A DNA stretch of 64,000 nucleotides from Heterodontus francisci (taxonomy: Eukaryota): assembly GCF_036365525.1 (NCBI RefSeq), contig NC_090411.1, positions 32,954,804 to 33,018,803 of the forward strand, read 5' to 3'. A model generated the notes under the pieces. The model worked only from the letters and a program-made list of their open reading frames with translations. It was not told where the DNA came from and did no database searches. Positions 26,990 to 39,300 of this stretch are shown here, piece by piece. The first letter of the stretch is position 1. Every line of letters begins with the position of its first letter. A program made the position numbers and the translations under genes.

Positions 26990-28918
26990 TGCCTCATCAG
27001 CCTGGACCAGGAGAAGGCTTTTGACAGGATATCGCACACCTACATGATGGACGTGCTTTCCAAAATGGGGTTTGGGGAGGGAATCTGCAATTGGATCCAA
27101 CTGCTCTACACAAACATCAGTAGCGCAGTCTCAATCAACGGGTGGGAATCGGAAAGTTTCCCGATCAAATCTGGAGTCAGACAGGGCTGTCCTCTGTCCC
27201 CGGTCTTGTTTGTTTGCTGTATTGAACCCTTTGCTGAGTCTATTAGGAAGGATGCGAGCATAAGAGGGGTGACAATCCCAGGCAGCGGAGGCACTCAGGT
27301 CAAAACCTCCCTGTACATGGACGACGTCGCCGTTTTCTGCTCGGATCCGCTGTCAGTGCGCAGACTGATGAGCATCTGCGACCAGTTCGAACTGGCCTCG
27401 GGAGCCAAAGTTAACCACGGCAAGAGCGAGGCCATGTTCTTTGGCAACTGGGCTGACCGATCCTTTGTCCCCTTCACCGTCAGGTCAGATTACCTGAAGG
27501 TGCTGGGGATATGGTTCGGAAGGGCCGGGGCGTGCACCAAAACATGGGAGGAGCGAGTAGCCAAGGTACGACAAAGGTTGGGCATGTGGGGGCAGCGATC
27601 TCTCTCCATTGTGGGTAAGAACCTGGTCATCAGGTGCGAGGCGCTCACGTTGTTGCTCTACGTGGCGCAAGTCTGGCCCATACCCCACTCCTGCGCCGTG
27701 GCAGTCACCCGAGCCATTTTCCGCTTCGTCTGGGGATGTAAAATGGACCGGGTCCGGAGGGACACGATGTTCAAATCTCTGGACAAGGGCGGGAAAAATG
27801 TACCCAACGTGGCCCTCATCCTGATGACCACCTTCGTGTGCGGCTGCATCAAGCTGTGTGTAGATCCCCAGTACGCAAACTCCAAGTGTCACTACGTGCT
27901 GAGGTTCTATCTGTCCCTGGTGTTGCGAAGGATGGGCCTGGTCACATTGCCGCGGAACGCACCATGCAGTTGGGCGGCGCCGTACCACCTATCCTTCGTG
28001 GAGCAGTTTCTGCGGGAAAACACCTTTGACCACCGGTCCATCAGGCAGTGGTCTGCACGGAATGTCCTCAAGGCCCTACGGGAAAAGGAAACGGTGGATC
28101 CTGTCGGATGGTTCCCCAAGCAGACCGCCAAAGTCATTTGGCGGAATGCCTCATCACCAGAACTTTCAAACAAGCACCAAGACGTAGCTTGGCTGGTGGT
28201 GAGAAGGGCCCTCCCCGTCAGATCCTTCATGCACACCCGAAGTCTCGCCCCCTCCGCACAGTGCCCCCGCGTTGGCTGTGGTGGGGAAGAGACGGTCGCC
28301 CACCTCCTCCTGGAATGTGCCTTTGCAAAGCAGGTGTGGAAAGAGATGCAGTGGTTTTTGTCAAGGTTCATCCCAAGCAGCTCTGTAACACAGGAGTCTG
28401 TGCTCTACGGGCTGTTCCCAGGGACGCACACCGAGACAAACATCAACTGCTGCTGGAGGACTATCAATTCGGTGAAAGACGCCCTTTGGTCTGCCCGAAA
28501 CTTGCTGGTCTTCCAGCGCAAAGAGTTGTCCACCACCGAATGTTGCAGACTGGCACATTCCAAGGTCCAGGACTACGTGCTGAGGGACGCACTAAAGCTT
28601 GGGGCAGCCGCAGCAAAGGCTCAATGGGGAAAGACCACAGTGTAAGGTTCCCCCACCAAGCTGGACTGAGGGGCTGGATCACTGGGAAACCCCTCGAACT
28701 GTATCGTTAATATTCTCAATTGCTGTAAATGTAAAACTGTAATTGACATGACAATTGTGAAACGGAAGGGTTGGGAAGAAACTCATGACAGTATTGAAGG
28801 AAACTGATCTCCCTTGCAATGTTTGTATTTTTTGGTGCTGTTTGGAAACTGTTTGGCAATGTAATTTTTACAGATTTTTATGAATAAAGTATATTTTGGA
28901 AATAAATAAAAAAAAAAA
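26990..28918 (+). mobile_element. Tx1/L1-clade LINE, 5'-truncated, young
   Basis: Uninterrupted 533-aa ORF (LDQEKAFD upstream, GVRQGCPLSP, YMDD, C-terminal zinc knuckle CPRVGC..ETVAHLLLEC), poly-A tail, TSD attcagg(c/a)tagtc at 26977-26989 and 28919-28931. Confidence 0.93.
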
Positions 28919-29436
28919 ATTCAGGATAGTCAATAGCTTGGATAGACCATGGAGGCAAAAAAGTGGCATGGCCAGTTGTTATACCTACTAGATCATTTGA
29001 CCTGCAGACAGAACTTGGTTCACTAGTGCGCATTAATATGAAACAAAAAGTATTACAATGAGATGAGACTCTGCGGAAAAGTGGCTCAGAGAATAGACTC
29101 ACATTGAGAGTACAGTTCCATTGCTCAACCACCTTCTGGTATCTTCTGTGAACCCAGTGAATCCCAGCAGGTTCTTCAAACTTGGCATGGCGCAACAGCC
29201 AGTCACAATCCTGGCTTCACCGGAGGTCTACCCACACAATTTTATGCATCGCAATTAGGATCAGGAATTCTAGTAGTTTTTTTGCACGCTGACTTTGGCA
29301 ATCTTCTCCCATCAGCAAACCAGGGACTGAATCTGGTATAACTCAATTCCATGTTAGCAAGCACAATGTACCAACTGAGGCATGGATAGAACATGTTTTA
29401 ACACTGCTGATGAGACATAGGCCGAGACTAGGCGGT

Positions 29437-30562
29437 TAGCCGTGGCTCAGTGGGCATGGGTAAGGCTTCCACTGCTATGTCCAGACTGGCCAAGAGAGTG
29501 TGGGAAAATGGCGCACTGACACGGAACACAAAAGTCCGAGTGTATCAGGCCTGTGTCCTCAGTACCTTGCTCTACGGCAGCGAGGCCTGGACAACGTATG
29601 CCAGCCAAGAGCGACGTCTCAATTCATTCCATCTTCGCTGCCTTCGGAGAATACTTGGCATCAGGTGGCAGGACTATATCTCCAACACAGAAGTCCTTGA
29701 AGCGGCCAACACCCCCAGCTTATACACACTACTGAGTCAGCGGCGCTTGAGATGGCTTGGCCATGTGAGCCGCATGGAAGATGGCAGGATCCCCAAAGAC
29801 ACATTGTACAGCGAGCTCGCCACTGGTATCAGACCCACCGGCCGTCCATGTCTCCGTTATAAAGACGTCTGCAAACGCGACATGAAATCGTGTGACATTG
29901 ATCACAAGTCGTGGGAGTCAGTTGCCAGCATTCGCCAGAGCTGGCGGGCAGCCATAAAGACAGGGCTAAATTGTGGCGAGTCGAAGAGACTTAGTAGTTG
30001 GCAGGAAAAAAGACAGAGGCGCAAGGGGAGAGCCAACTGTGCAACAGCCCCAACAAACAAATTTCTCTGCAGCACCTGTGGAAGAGCCTGTCACTCCAGA
30101 ATTGGCCTTTATAGCCACTCCAGGCGCTGCTTCACAAACCACTGACCACCTCCAGGCGCGTATCCATTGTCTCTCGAGATAAGGAGGCCCAAAAGAAAAA
30201 GAAAGAAGAAGTGGGTCCCACTCTTACCTTTGAGTCACAAGGCTGTGGGTTCAAGCCCCACTCTAGGAACTTGAGTGCCAACTCTAGGCTTGAGACGGCA
30301 GTTTAGTGATGAAGGAGTGCTGAATTGACAGAGGTGCCGGCTTTCGGTTGCGACATTAAATTGAGGCCCATCTTCCTTCGCGGTTGGACACAAATGATCC
30401 CATGGCGCTATCTGAAGAGATGGGGCCTCCTGGTGAATATTCAACTCTCAATAATACACAAAAACAGATTGTCTGGTCATTATCACATTGTTGTTTGTGG
30501 GAGCCTGCTGTGCACAAATTGGCTTCTGTGTTTCCTACATTACAACAGTGACTGCACTTCAA
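29437..30562 (+). mobile_element. Deu-domain/SacSINE1-like SINE split by an RTE insertion
   Basis: Head begins agccgtggctcagtggg and resumes at 30210. Confidence 0.78.
29455..30209 (+). mobile_element. RTE-clade LINE 3' fragment inserted into a SINE A box
   Basis: ORF LLYGSEAW...RRLRWLGHVSRM...C2H2-like CSTCGRAC; (GAA)-rich tail; TSD AGTGGG at 29449-29454 and 30210-30215. Confidence 0.92.
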
Positions 30563-31223
30563 ATGTCATGATGTCCCATTTTGATGACATCATAAGCAGG
30601 AAGTGCTGCCCACTATAAGTTAGCTACACAAGAGGGGAAGTGTGAAAGAGGAGGCAGCAATCCAACCAGGAAACCCCCAACTGCTCTGCCCACATCCATC
30701 TATCAGTCTCCAGAATGTGTTTGATCAGAGGGTTTCAACAAACAAAAACTGACAGGACACCCCTACATGGTCGCACAACATTCTCTGTGATCCATTTTCA
30801 TTATTGTTTAAAATTAACGAACGGCTCCTGATTTTAGACGCTGGAATAAGCTAAATCATGAACAACTTGTGTTTGTACAGCACCTTTAATGAAGTAAAAT
30901 GGCACAAGGCGCTTCTTAGGAGCATTACCAGGTAACATTTTAAACCGCGTAGGGAGATGTTAGGACAGGTGGACAAAAAGCTTGGTCAAAGAATTGATTT
31001 TAGAGGAGCATCATAAAGGAGGAGTAACAGGCAGAGAGGTTTAGGGAGAGAATTCCAGAACTTGGAACTAAGACAGCCGTAATCACCGCCACCAATGGTG
31101 GAGCAATGAAAATCGGGGAAAGCGCAAAAAGGAGATAAAGGTGGATAAATCCATAACCATGTCAGAATCAGAATTCCATGTTGAAAAAAAAAAACAATTT
31201 CTTATAAAAGCTTCTTAGAAATA

Positions 31224-31229
31224 TTTATT
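31224..31229 (-). terminator. Candidate polyadenylation signal of BCL2L12 (3' UTR about 5 kb)
   Basis: AATAAA on the minus strand at the end of a TE-poor block downstream of the stop. Confidence 0.45.
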
Positions 31230-34200
31230 AGTGGAACATTAATACAGACATTATTAAAGGGGTGAATGGCCCCTTGTGCTGTAACCATTCTATACATGTA
31301 CTGAGTAGTTCCCGAGTAGCAACGGGAAAGTTACAGACAGTCAATTAGCATCATTCTAGTTGCACAAAGACTTTCCCTTGCCCTGGTTTTCCATGCTTTT
31401 TGTTCCTATAATTTCCTGACTCATGCTGGGGATTGGCTTCCATGGACACAGGAAGACCTTTGCCAAAGTGAACATCATTCAGAAGCATCGGAACAGGAGG
31501 AGGCCATTAGCCCCTCAAGCCTGTTCTGCCATTCAATTAGATCATGGCTGATCTGTAATGCAACTCCATTTGCCTGCCATAGATCCATAATCCCTTGATA
31601 CCCTTAACCAACAAACAGCTATCATACAGGAGTCTAGATGGCCTGGCCAAGCATCAGCAGGCCATTCGACCACGGGATGCCTCACAGCCAATCTTCACTT
31701 CCCGACACGCATAGCTTTAATTCTACATTTCAGCAGGGGCCAAGTAGTGGGAAACATGTTGGATTTCTCCCCCACTGTTCCCCCTTGCCCCAGCCCCAGA
31801 GGTTAGTTGCAGTGCTACAACAATATCTTGGCTGTGACTGATTAACCCAACGCAAGCCAGGAGATTGAACGCGAGACCTGCTGGATCTCGGTTTCGCACC
31901 ATGTGGTAGTCTAAGTCAGTGAGCTACTTGAAGGAGAATTTTTTATTTTTTTTTTAAATTGTATGGACGGTTTTCTCCATTTGAGAACTAATGGCTCTTT
32001 GCACCATTCCCACTTAATGCAAGGTCAGTCGAATGATTTGTGCAATAAAGTAGGATGATTTGGCTCTGTCTCTGTAAACATTCTGAATATGACTGGCTCC
32101 CAAAAGTAGAAAATTCACGCCACAGAGAATCCAGAAGGAAAGTCAACAAAATCCTGTAGCCTCACAGTTTAACGTCTAAGACTTCATAAAACAATACAAA
32201 TCATTTTTAAAAAACCATTCACAATTACACATCATACCAAAAAAAAAGCAATGCACATTTTATACATCCATCTGCAAACACCAAAATCAAGTATACAGAA
32301 CATATGCTGGTGCAGAATTCAAACCTTTCGAAATAAAACATGTACAGTATTTGCTGATATGGCAGCTTTATAAAATAGAGCAACTTGTACACCAGATTTT
32401 ACGGTAGTGGTCAAAATCATTGGAGTCTGGGAAAAAAATGGTTCTTACCGTAAGCCAGTTTTAAAAACTTGTGCCAATTCATACTGCAATATGGATCCAT
32501 GAACATAAACTACACACCCCAATCCCATACCACACCAGATCAAGTGCAAACTGCATGTGTCAGTGGGCTTTAAGACAGTCGTAGGCATCATTGCTTATTT
32601 ATGCTTCTGTCCTCACCCATTGGCACACACACTGTCCAGGAGGGAGGTAGTGGGGTCACTGGATCGTGACCAGGACCTGGTCGATTCCTCTGCCCTGCCC
32701 AAGAGTGCAAAGATCAATTGTAGACCCTCCAGAGCCATCTTTAGCTGAAGGCAGCTAACTTAGCACAGACCAAAGGCTTTGCCAGGTTAGTGCCAAGAGG
32801 AGACAATGTTTCCAGAGTCCTTTAAAAGCACTGTGGAGATTTACCTCTGAATGCAGTTTTGTTCTGATTCCCCACACTAAGCCCAGACTTGCACTACACT
32901 CAAGGTGGGACTAAGGATGTACATAAAACAGCCATAGGATATTTTCATACATATTGGAAGATCACCTCCTTCCCTTGTGCCCCAGTACATAACTCTTTGT
33001 GATCAGCTGGTGGGGGTGGGAAGGGGTGAATCTCAGCTTCCTTTGAGTGCCTAAAAAGTCAAATAAGGAGTGCGGCACATGACAGTGCAAATGACTAGCG
33101 ATATCCCTGATATTGAGCTCTTAGCTACGATCAAGGCAATGTAAAGGAGCAGGTGGCACTGGCTGACAGGAAGAGGAGTGGTCTTTGGAGTGATAGCTGG
33201 TACTTGCTACCCCTGGTTTAGGGGTTCGTTATGGACATATGGGGTGGGGGAGGGGCCTTGCTAGTTGTTGGTTATTTATATAGGTGGACAATGGGCACAG
33301 AAACTGGAGTGGAAGAGTTACAAGAACTTTGTAGCATCAGAACATCTGGAATACAAAAACATCCATTTTTAAGGGGTGCACAATATGACTAACTGCAGCC
33401 ATTGCCCTTCGTCATTTACAGTGACTTTCTTCCCAATGATTACAAGTGCTGAGTTTCAGGCCCTCGTTCTTTGCAAAACTTAACTTTTAAGTCCATCTTA
33501 CTTAGTTACTATTGATTCAGCAATAGTAACCGGCCAAGTGACACATGTTGGAGGTTTCCAGGTGCTCACAATTCTGGAATCCACAAAACCATTAAAAGAT
33601 GATTGCCAGGTCTAAAAAACAACTTTAAAAATGTTTTTAAAACTTTTAAAATAAGGAATACCTCAAAGTACTCAAGAAGTCATAGTGTTCTTAATAAAGT
33701 TTGAAGCTAGGCTCCTTAAAAACAATGGCAAACACAAACATGAGACAGAGTGAGTGTTATGTGCTTGGGAGGAACAGGTGACTTTGGATCAATGGTTCCC
33801 AAAGCTCTCCCATCACTGAGCGTTTTCCTCACCTCATGTCTGGGTCTGTGTAGATTCATTGACAGAGATTGATCGCTGTAATTAAACAACTCCATTATCA
33901 TTGTTACATATGATACCATGGTGGGAGAAGGTGAACTGGATGGATCCTGGTCTTTTTCATTCGACAACTCCTACATACCCAAACCAATCAATTTCATGTT
34001 TGAGCCAAGCGAGTCAAGGGTCTGAGGTAGAAGATTATGAACTTGCTTCCTTATCTAATTAAGTAATTCAGAAGTCAACTATTATACATCACATCAGAGC
34101 ACAAAGAATGGGCTAGAGGTGTAATCGCTGACGACAAACCAAGCCATTAACACGCTCACTCACCTCAACATTGGGTGAATAACAGAATACAGCAAACTGC

Positions 34201-36303
34201 TTCACCAAACGTTGGGTGAGTGAAGGTGTTTGAAGACTGAAAGTGTGGCCCCCTCAATCCCAATTCTGACATGCAGGAGTCCCTCTCACTGCATGTCACT
34301 GAGGGACAGTCAACAGTTTCCACCCTTCACTTTGTGTCAAGTCCAAGGGAGTGAGATTCATTTGGCCTTTAATTGGCTCGTCTACCTTTAGTTGGTACCA
34401 GCCCATGATCAATGATCATTCATACAATCGCACTATGTCAAGCAAGTCTCTTAGTTGATGTTGTCAGTGGTTTAAATGTAGATTACAGTCCACTGATAGT
34501 GAATCAAACAGAATTCAGGACATAATGCAAAGGGTACATGTGTAGTCGAACACACCAACACCTAGTAACGACAGTAATCAGAGCAAGTCACTGGGGAAAA
34601 ACTGTAGAAATAGCGAGAATTAGTCCTGCTCTCGCAGAGCTGGAGACTCCAATGTTGATATTTGTACTGTATTAAAATTGTAACAATCAGAATTTTGCCA
34701 TGTGAAAGGGGGTAATTAGTTGGTTGATCATCTACTGTTTTCAGGAACAGTAGGTGATCTGTACATTCAGCAGCAAGTTCAGATAATCAGCCTGATTATC
34801 TGTAAAGATTTGCAATTCTCCCATCTCGCTCTCTCTCTCCCCCTGTAGGTTACATCTTGAAATTACATGTAAAAGAGGGAACAAGTAAACACACAATCCT
34901 ACCAGTAGTCTGGGTAGCAGTGTCCCAATGTGGGATCTACAGCTCGTCCAAGAGGACAGATAACGAGAGGTTAACTTTCACGACTGCTTCCCCATTGGAA
35001 ATACAACATACCCCTGCCAAGCATGCACCAAATCTTTCACAATTATACACAAGAGGGAAAGACCATGTAAATAATGGAGGAAGAACCACTTTGAATATAC
35101 CTGTCCCATTATCAACAGCGACACATTGCAACTTTGGAATAGGTAGGAGATGTTCACCTGTGATGTCACCTCCCCAACACCACAACCAAACTGAACAATT
35201 TCTGCTCACATCTCTCTTCTTTCTTCTCCATATTTACACAGTAACAGATTAATAAATAGATACAGAGTTGATGCAGTCTATACCACCTACATGTACCCAG
35301 TTTTCCAAACTTGACTGGTTTGATTTACTCACTGATGTCCACACAAGTTATGGACCATCTGCACTTAATCAAACCCAGTTATACACTGCTACACATTGGT
35401 TACTCATCATAAAGTTTTAGTCCCAAATTGGAAATCCCAAACCTTTGAATGACAGAGCATTAATTGTCAGAATTTAATCTATTGAGGAGAGCGAGGTGGA
35501 TTTCCATGCTCCAGTATATTTTTCTCTCTCCAATACCTCGGTTCCTCTCATTATGTTATAGCCCTAATCTCAGCCAATCTCCTTGCATTATCTGTTCTCT
35601 AGAGGCAGGAACCGTCATCACTTGGATATGCACTTGAAGTGCCGCAAACTGTAGGGCTACAGATCAAGAGCTGCAAAGTGGGATTAGGCTGGATAATTCT
35701 TTTTCAATGTGCTGAATGACCTTGTTCTGTGCCGTAACTTTTCTAAGTTACCATGATCAACCTGTAACATCATTCAGTGGAATAACTCGTTTGAAAACAG
35801 GGAGCATTACCTCGAAGGCACAAATTTAGGATTTTCTACACTACAATCAGAAATTAGAAGGTTATATATTATTAGGACAACAGTTTGCTGCAAGGTAGTG
35901 TTAAGACTTTGAAAGGTGCTAAGGGGGAAAATGTGTGTGAAGTAGTGCACACACAGGTGGCATAGACAATCACTAATTCACTTGTATAAAGTACAACTGT
36001 TGCCACAGTAATACCAGTAAACATGAAAAACAGATGGATTTTACCAAGTTTCTCTAGAGGAAATGTCAGAGGCAGATTCATCCCTTTCATTTGTGGCTCA
36101 GAAGGTTCTCGGCTACCCATCATGCTCTCGGCAGCATTAACCCGCTCAGTCGTTCGATGGCTGCAGCCCTGTTGAACACTTTGGACAGTTCCTAGATTTA
36201 AAAAGTTGTTCCTGTTTCTTTGATCAAGGCAAAGGCCAAATCAAAAATTCTCTTCCTCCTGCAGCACTGGGGTTTTGTTTTAATCTCCTTTGTTTGGCAG
36301 ACG

Positions 36304-36351
36304 TCAATCTATTTGGTGTTCAGACACATCATCCAGAGGCAGCACCATTGT
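36304..36351 (-). CDS. BCL2L12: BCL2L12 terminal coding exon (TMVLPLDDVSEHQID*)
   Basis: Strong acceptor gtttcttatcctctgacag, phase 0. Short acidic tail ending in hydrophobic-Asp, like BCL2L12/BCL2L14 C-termini. Confidence 0.75.
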   Translation of the reverse strand, partial: TMVLPLDDVSEHQID

Positions 36352-39300
36352 CTGTCAGAGGATAAGAAACAAGTTTTTCAATAAATACAGTCAGTCCCAT
36401 ATCACTGATGGTCATATGCCCTTGTAAACACACATAGCTTTCAGGGGCAAGCTGGACTAGCATCCCAGATCAACATGGAGTGCTTACTCTCAATTTAGCT
36501 CGGACACCAGTTTGACTTCAGCTGATTACATTCTTACCTCTGAGTCAGTCCATATCAACTTGGCCACTGTTAATTGGGGTCTTACTTGAGCATTTATAAA
36601 GGAGACACTTACTGAGACTGGGAAAGCTTTGTGAGTGAGGAGCTAGATGTTTGTGATTCTTTCACTCTGTACAATAAATGTGAAACTGAGTAAAAAGATT
36701 ACAAACATGTAGCTCCTCACTCAAAAACCTTCCCCAGTTTCAGTGAGTGTCTTCTCATATGTGCTCAAATAAGACCCCAATTAGCACCCTCCACCTGCAT
36801 ATAATTAGACAACAGTCACATGATCTAGACTGACATGTCAATGCACTACTGAGGGAGTACTGCATTGTCAGGTGGCATCTTTTGTACGAGGCTCCATTTG
36901 TCTATGGAGGGGTGTGTAAAAACTCCTTTGGCGCTATTTGGAGGGTGATTCTCCAGGGCAGTGCCCTGGCCCAACTTTGCTCCCTCCCTCACCCACCTAC
37001 TCTCACCAAAAATAGACTAAGTAACTGGGCATTGATTACATTTGCTGTTTGTGGGAATGTGCCATGTGCAAATTGGCTGCCACATTTGGCTGAGTGACTG
37101 CACTTCAACTGTAATTCTTTTTGTTGTAAAGTTCTTTTGAGGTGACAGAAGGATGTGACGCGTCGATATATAAATGCACATTCTTTCTTCCTCTTTGCTT
37201 TGTGAATGGGATAGAGAATGTAGAGCAACAACTTGTATTTAATGTAGTAAAATATTCCAAGGGAATTCACAGGAACGTGATCAGATCAAAAATAACAGTG
37301 AGCCACATAAAGAGATATTAGGACTTGTGACTAAAGGTTCGGTCAAAGAGGCAGGTTTTGAGAATTGTCTTAAAAGGAGACAGAGAGGCGGAGAGGTTTC
37401 AGGAGGGAATTCCAGAGCTTGGGGCTGAGGCAGCTGAAGGCATGGCCGCCAATGGTAGAGTGATGGAAATTGGGAATGCTCAAGAGGCCAGAACTGCAGA
37501 GATGCCAACATTGTAGGGCTGGTAGAGATAAGAGAGAAGGAGGGGCGAGACCATGGAGAGATTTGAAAACAAGGGTGAGAATTTTAAAATTTAAAGAGAG
37601 AGAGAGAGATCAGCCCTCCCCTTCAGTGAGAGAGAGAGATCAGCCCTCCCCTTCAGTGAGAGAGAGAGATCAGCCCTCCCCTTCAGTGAGAGAGAGAGAT
37701 CAGCACTCCCCTTCAGTGAGAGAGAGAGATCAGCACTCCCCTTCAGTGAGAGAGAGAGATCAGCACTCCCCTTCAGTGAGAGAGAGAGATCAGCACTCCC
37801 CTTCAGTGAGAGAGAGAGATCAGCACTCCCCTTCAGTGAGAGAGAGAGATCAGCACTCCCCTTCAGTGAGAGAGAGAGATCAGCACTCCCCTTCAGTGAG
37901 AGAGAGAGATCAGCCCTCCCCTTCAGTGAGAGAGAGAGATCAGCCCTCCCCTTCAGTGAGAGAGAGAGATCAGCCCTCCCCTTCAGTGAGAGAGAGAGAT
38001 CAGCCCTCCCCTTCAGTGAGAGAGAGAGATCAGCCCTCCCCTTCAGTAAGGACAGTTCTGGACCTATCTGGAAAACAAATGGTGCACCAGCTAAACTATT
38101 CTTAACATTGGTGACATCTGACACAACAGGCCTTAGCCCTTCATCTAGATTTCTTATTGAAAGAAAAAGTCCCTCATTCCTCGTTCGGGGATGGTTTAGA
38201 ATCCTGTCATTGATGCTGTCATGTCTAATGCATCACACCATCTGCGTCGTCATAAAGACAGACATCAGAGTGCGTCAGAATAAAGTTCTAGAGATCTGGT
38301 TGGGTAAGACAAACTCTTGTTGAAATAGGAACTGGAGAACGTGGCTTTTGTCCCATGACTGGTGGATCCAGCCTGACAGAATTGGGCAGTTGTCTTCTCT
38401 TGCTGTGATACGGAGACTGAGCAGGAAGATCCCACATTCTTGAGCTTAGCTAATTAATCTCTAATCAGGCCTGAGGTGCAAAACACTACAATTGCCTTAT
38501 GTCCCGGGGGCATGTTTTGGAAAATTAGCTTGTAATCACTATCTGGTGATCTCTGGGGAAAGCCAAAAAGACAGTGACTGAAGACAAGCTAGAGCTCATT
38601 GTGATGCCTTCTGCAGTTGGACAGCCTACCCATACTCAGTCTATAGCTCAAGGTACTGGAAGCTACAGGTGCCTGTAGGTGTTATGGTCTTCAAGAAAGG
38701 AAGGGGGGGCTTTTTTTTTTCTTCTATGTCGGCTGTAGGACCCTTGGCCGTTCTGAAGCCAACTTTACCCTGGGAGAGAAAGGTCCTTCTTTTAATGCCA
38801 GTGATGTGCACTCACCCATCCGCCATTCTCCTGCAGCCAGGGGACAAACATATCCATGTACTGCATGCTGTAGCCCATCAGCTGCTGCACCGGGTGGCTG
38901 CTGATCCCGGCCACTCTCCGTGTTAGTTCCATTGTCAGTGCGATCTTTGTGAGCTCGGGGCTGGTGGTGGGACCCTTGTGTTGCTCTTCAACATTAGCCG
39001 TAAAGACTTTCACCAGCTGCGAAAAACTGTGGTAGGACATCCGGCTCATAGTACGCTGAAGCACAGGGTCGTTCTTTATCTACAAGACAGTAAGTCTAAC
39101 ATGAAGCACTTTTAAACTTGAAATACTATATACATATTTCTTTTAAATCTTATATCGGTACTCACTTCACATCTCCAAGTTTTTTTTAATTCTCTGGTTC
39201 TTGTCAATTTTTTGTGCCAAACTTTCTCTTTTATAATGTCTACAGCTAATGTAAACTAAATGGTCCAATTTTAAAAGGGGTGCAGGAAGGGAGACCTGGA

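Noticed and set aside
37470-38124. 211-aa and 177-aa repetitive ORFs; superficially CRISPR-like periodicity
   Set aside because: By-product of a 30-bp minisatellite whose unit is a multiple of 3. No unique spacers, eukaryotic context.
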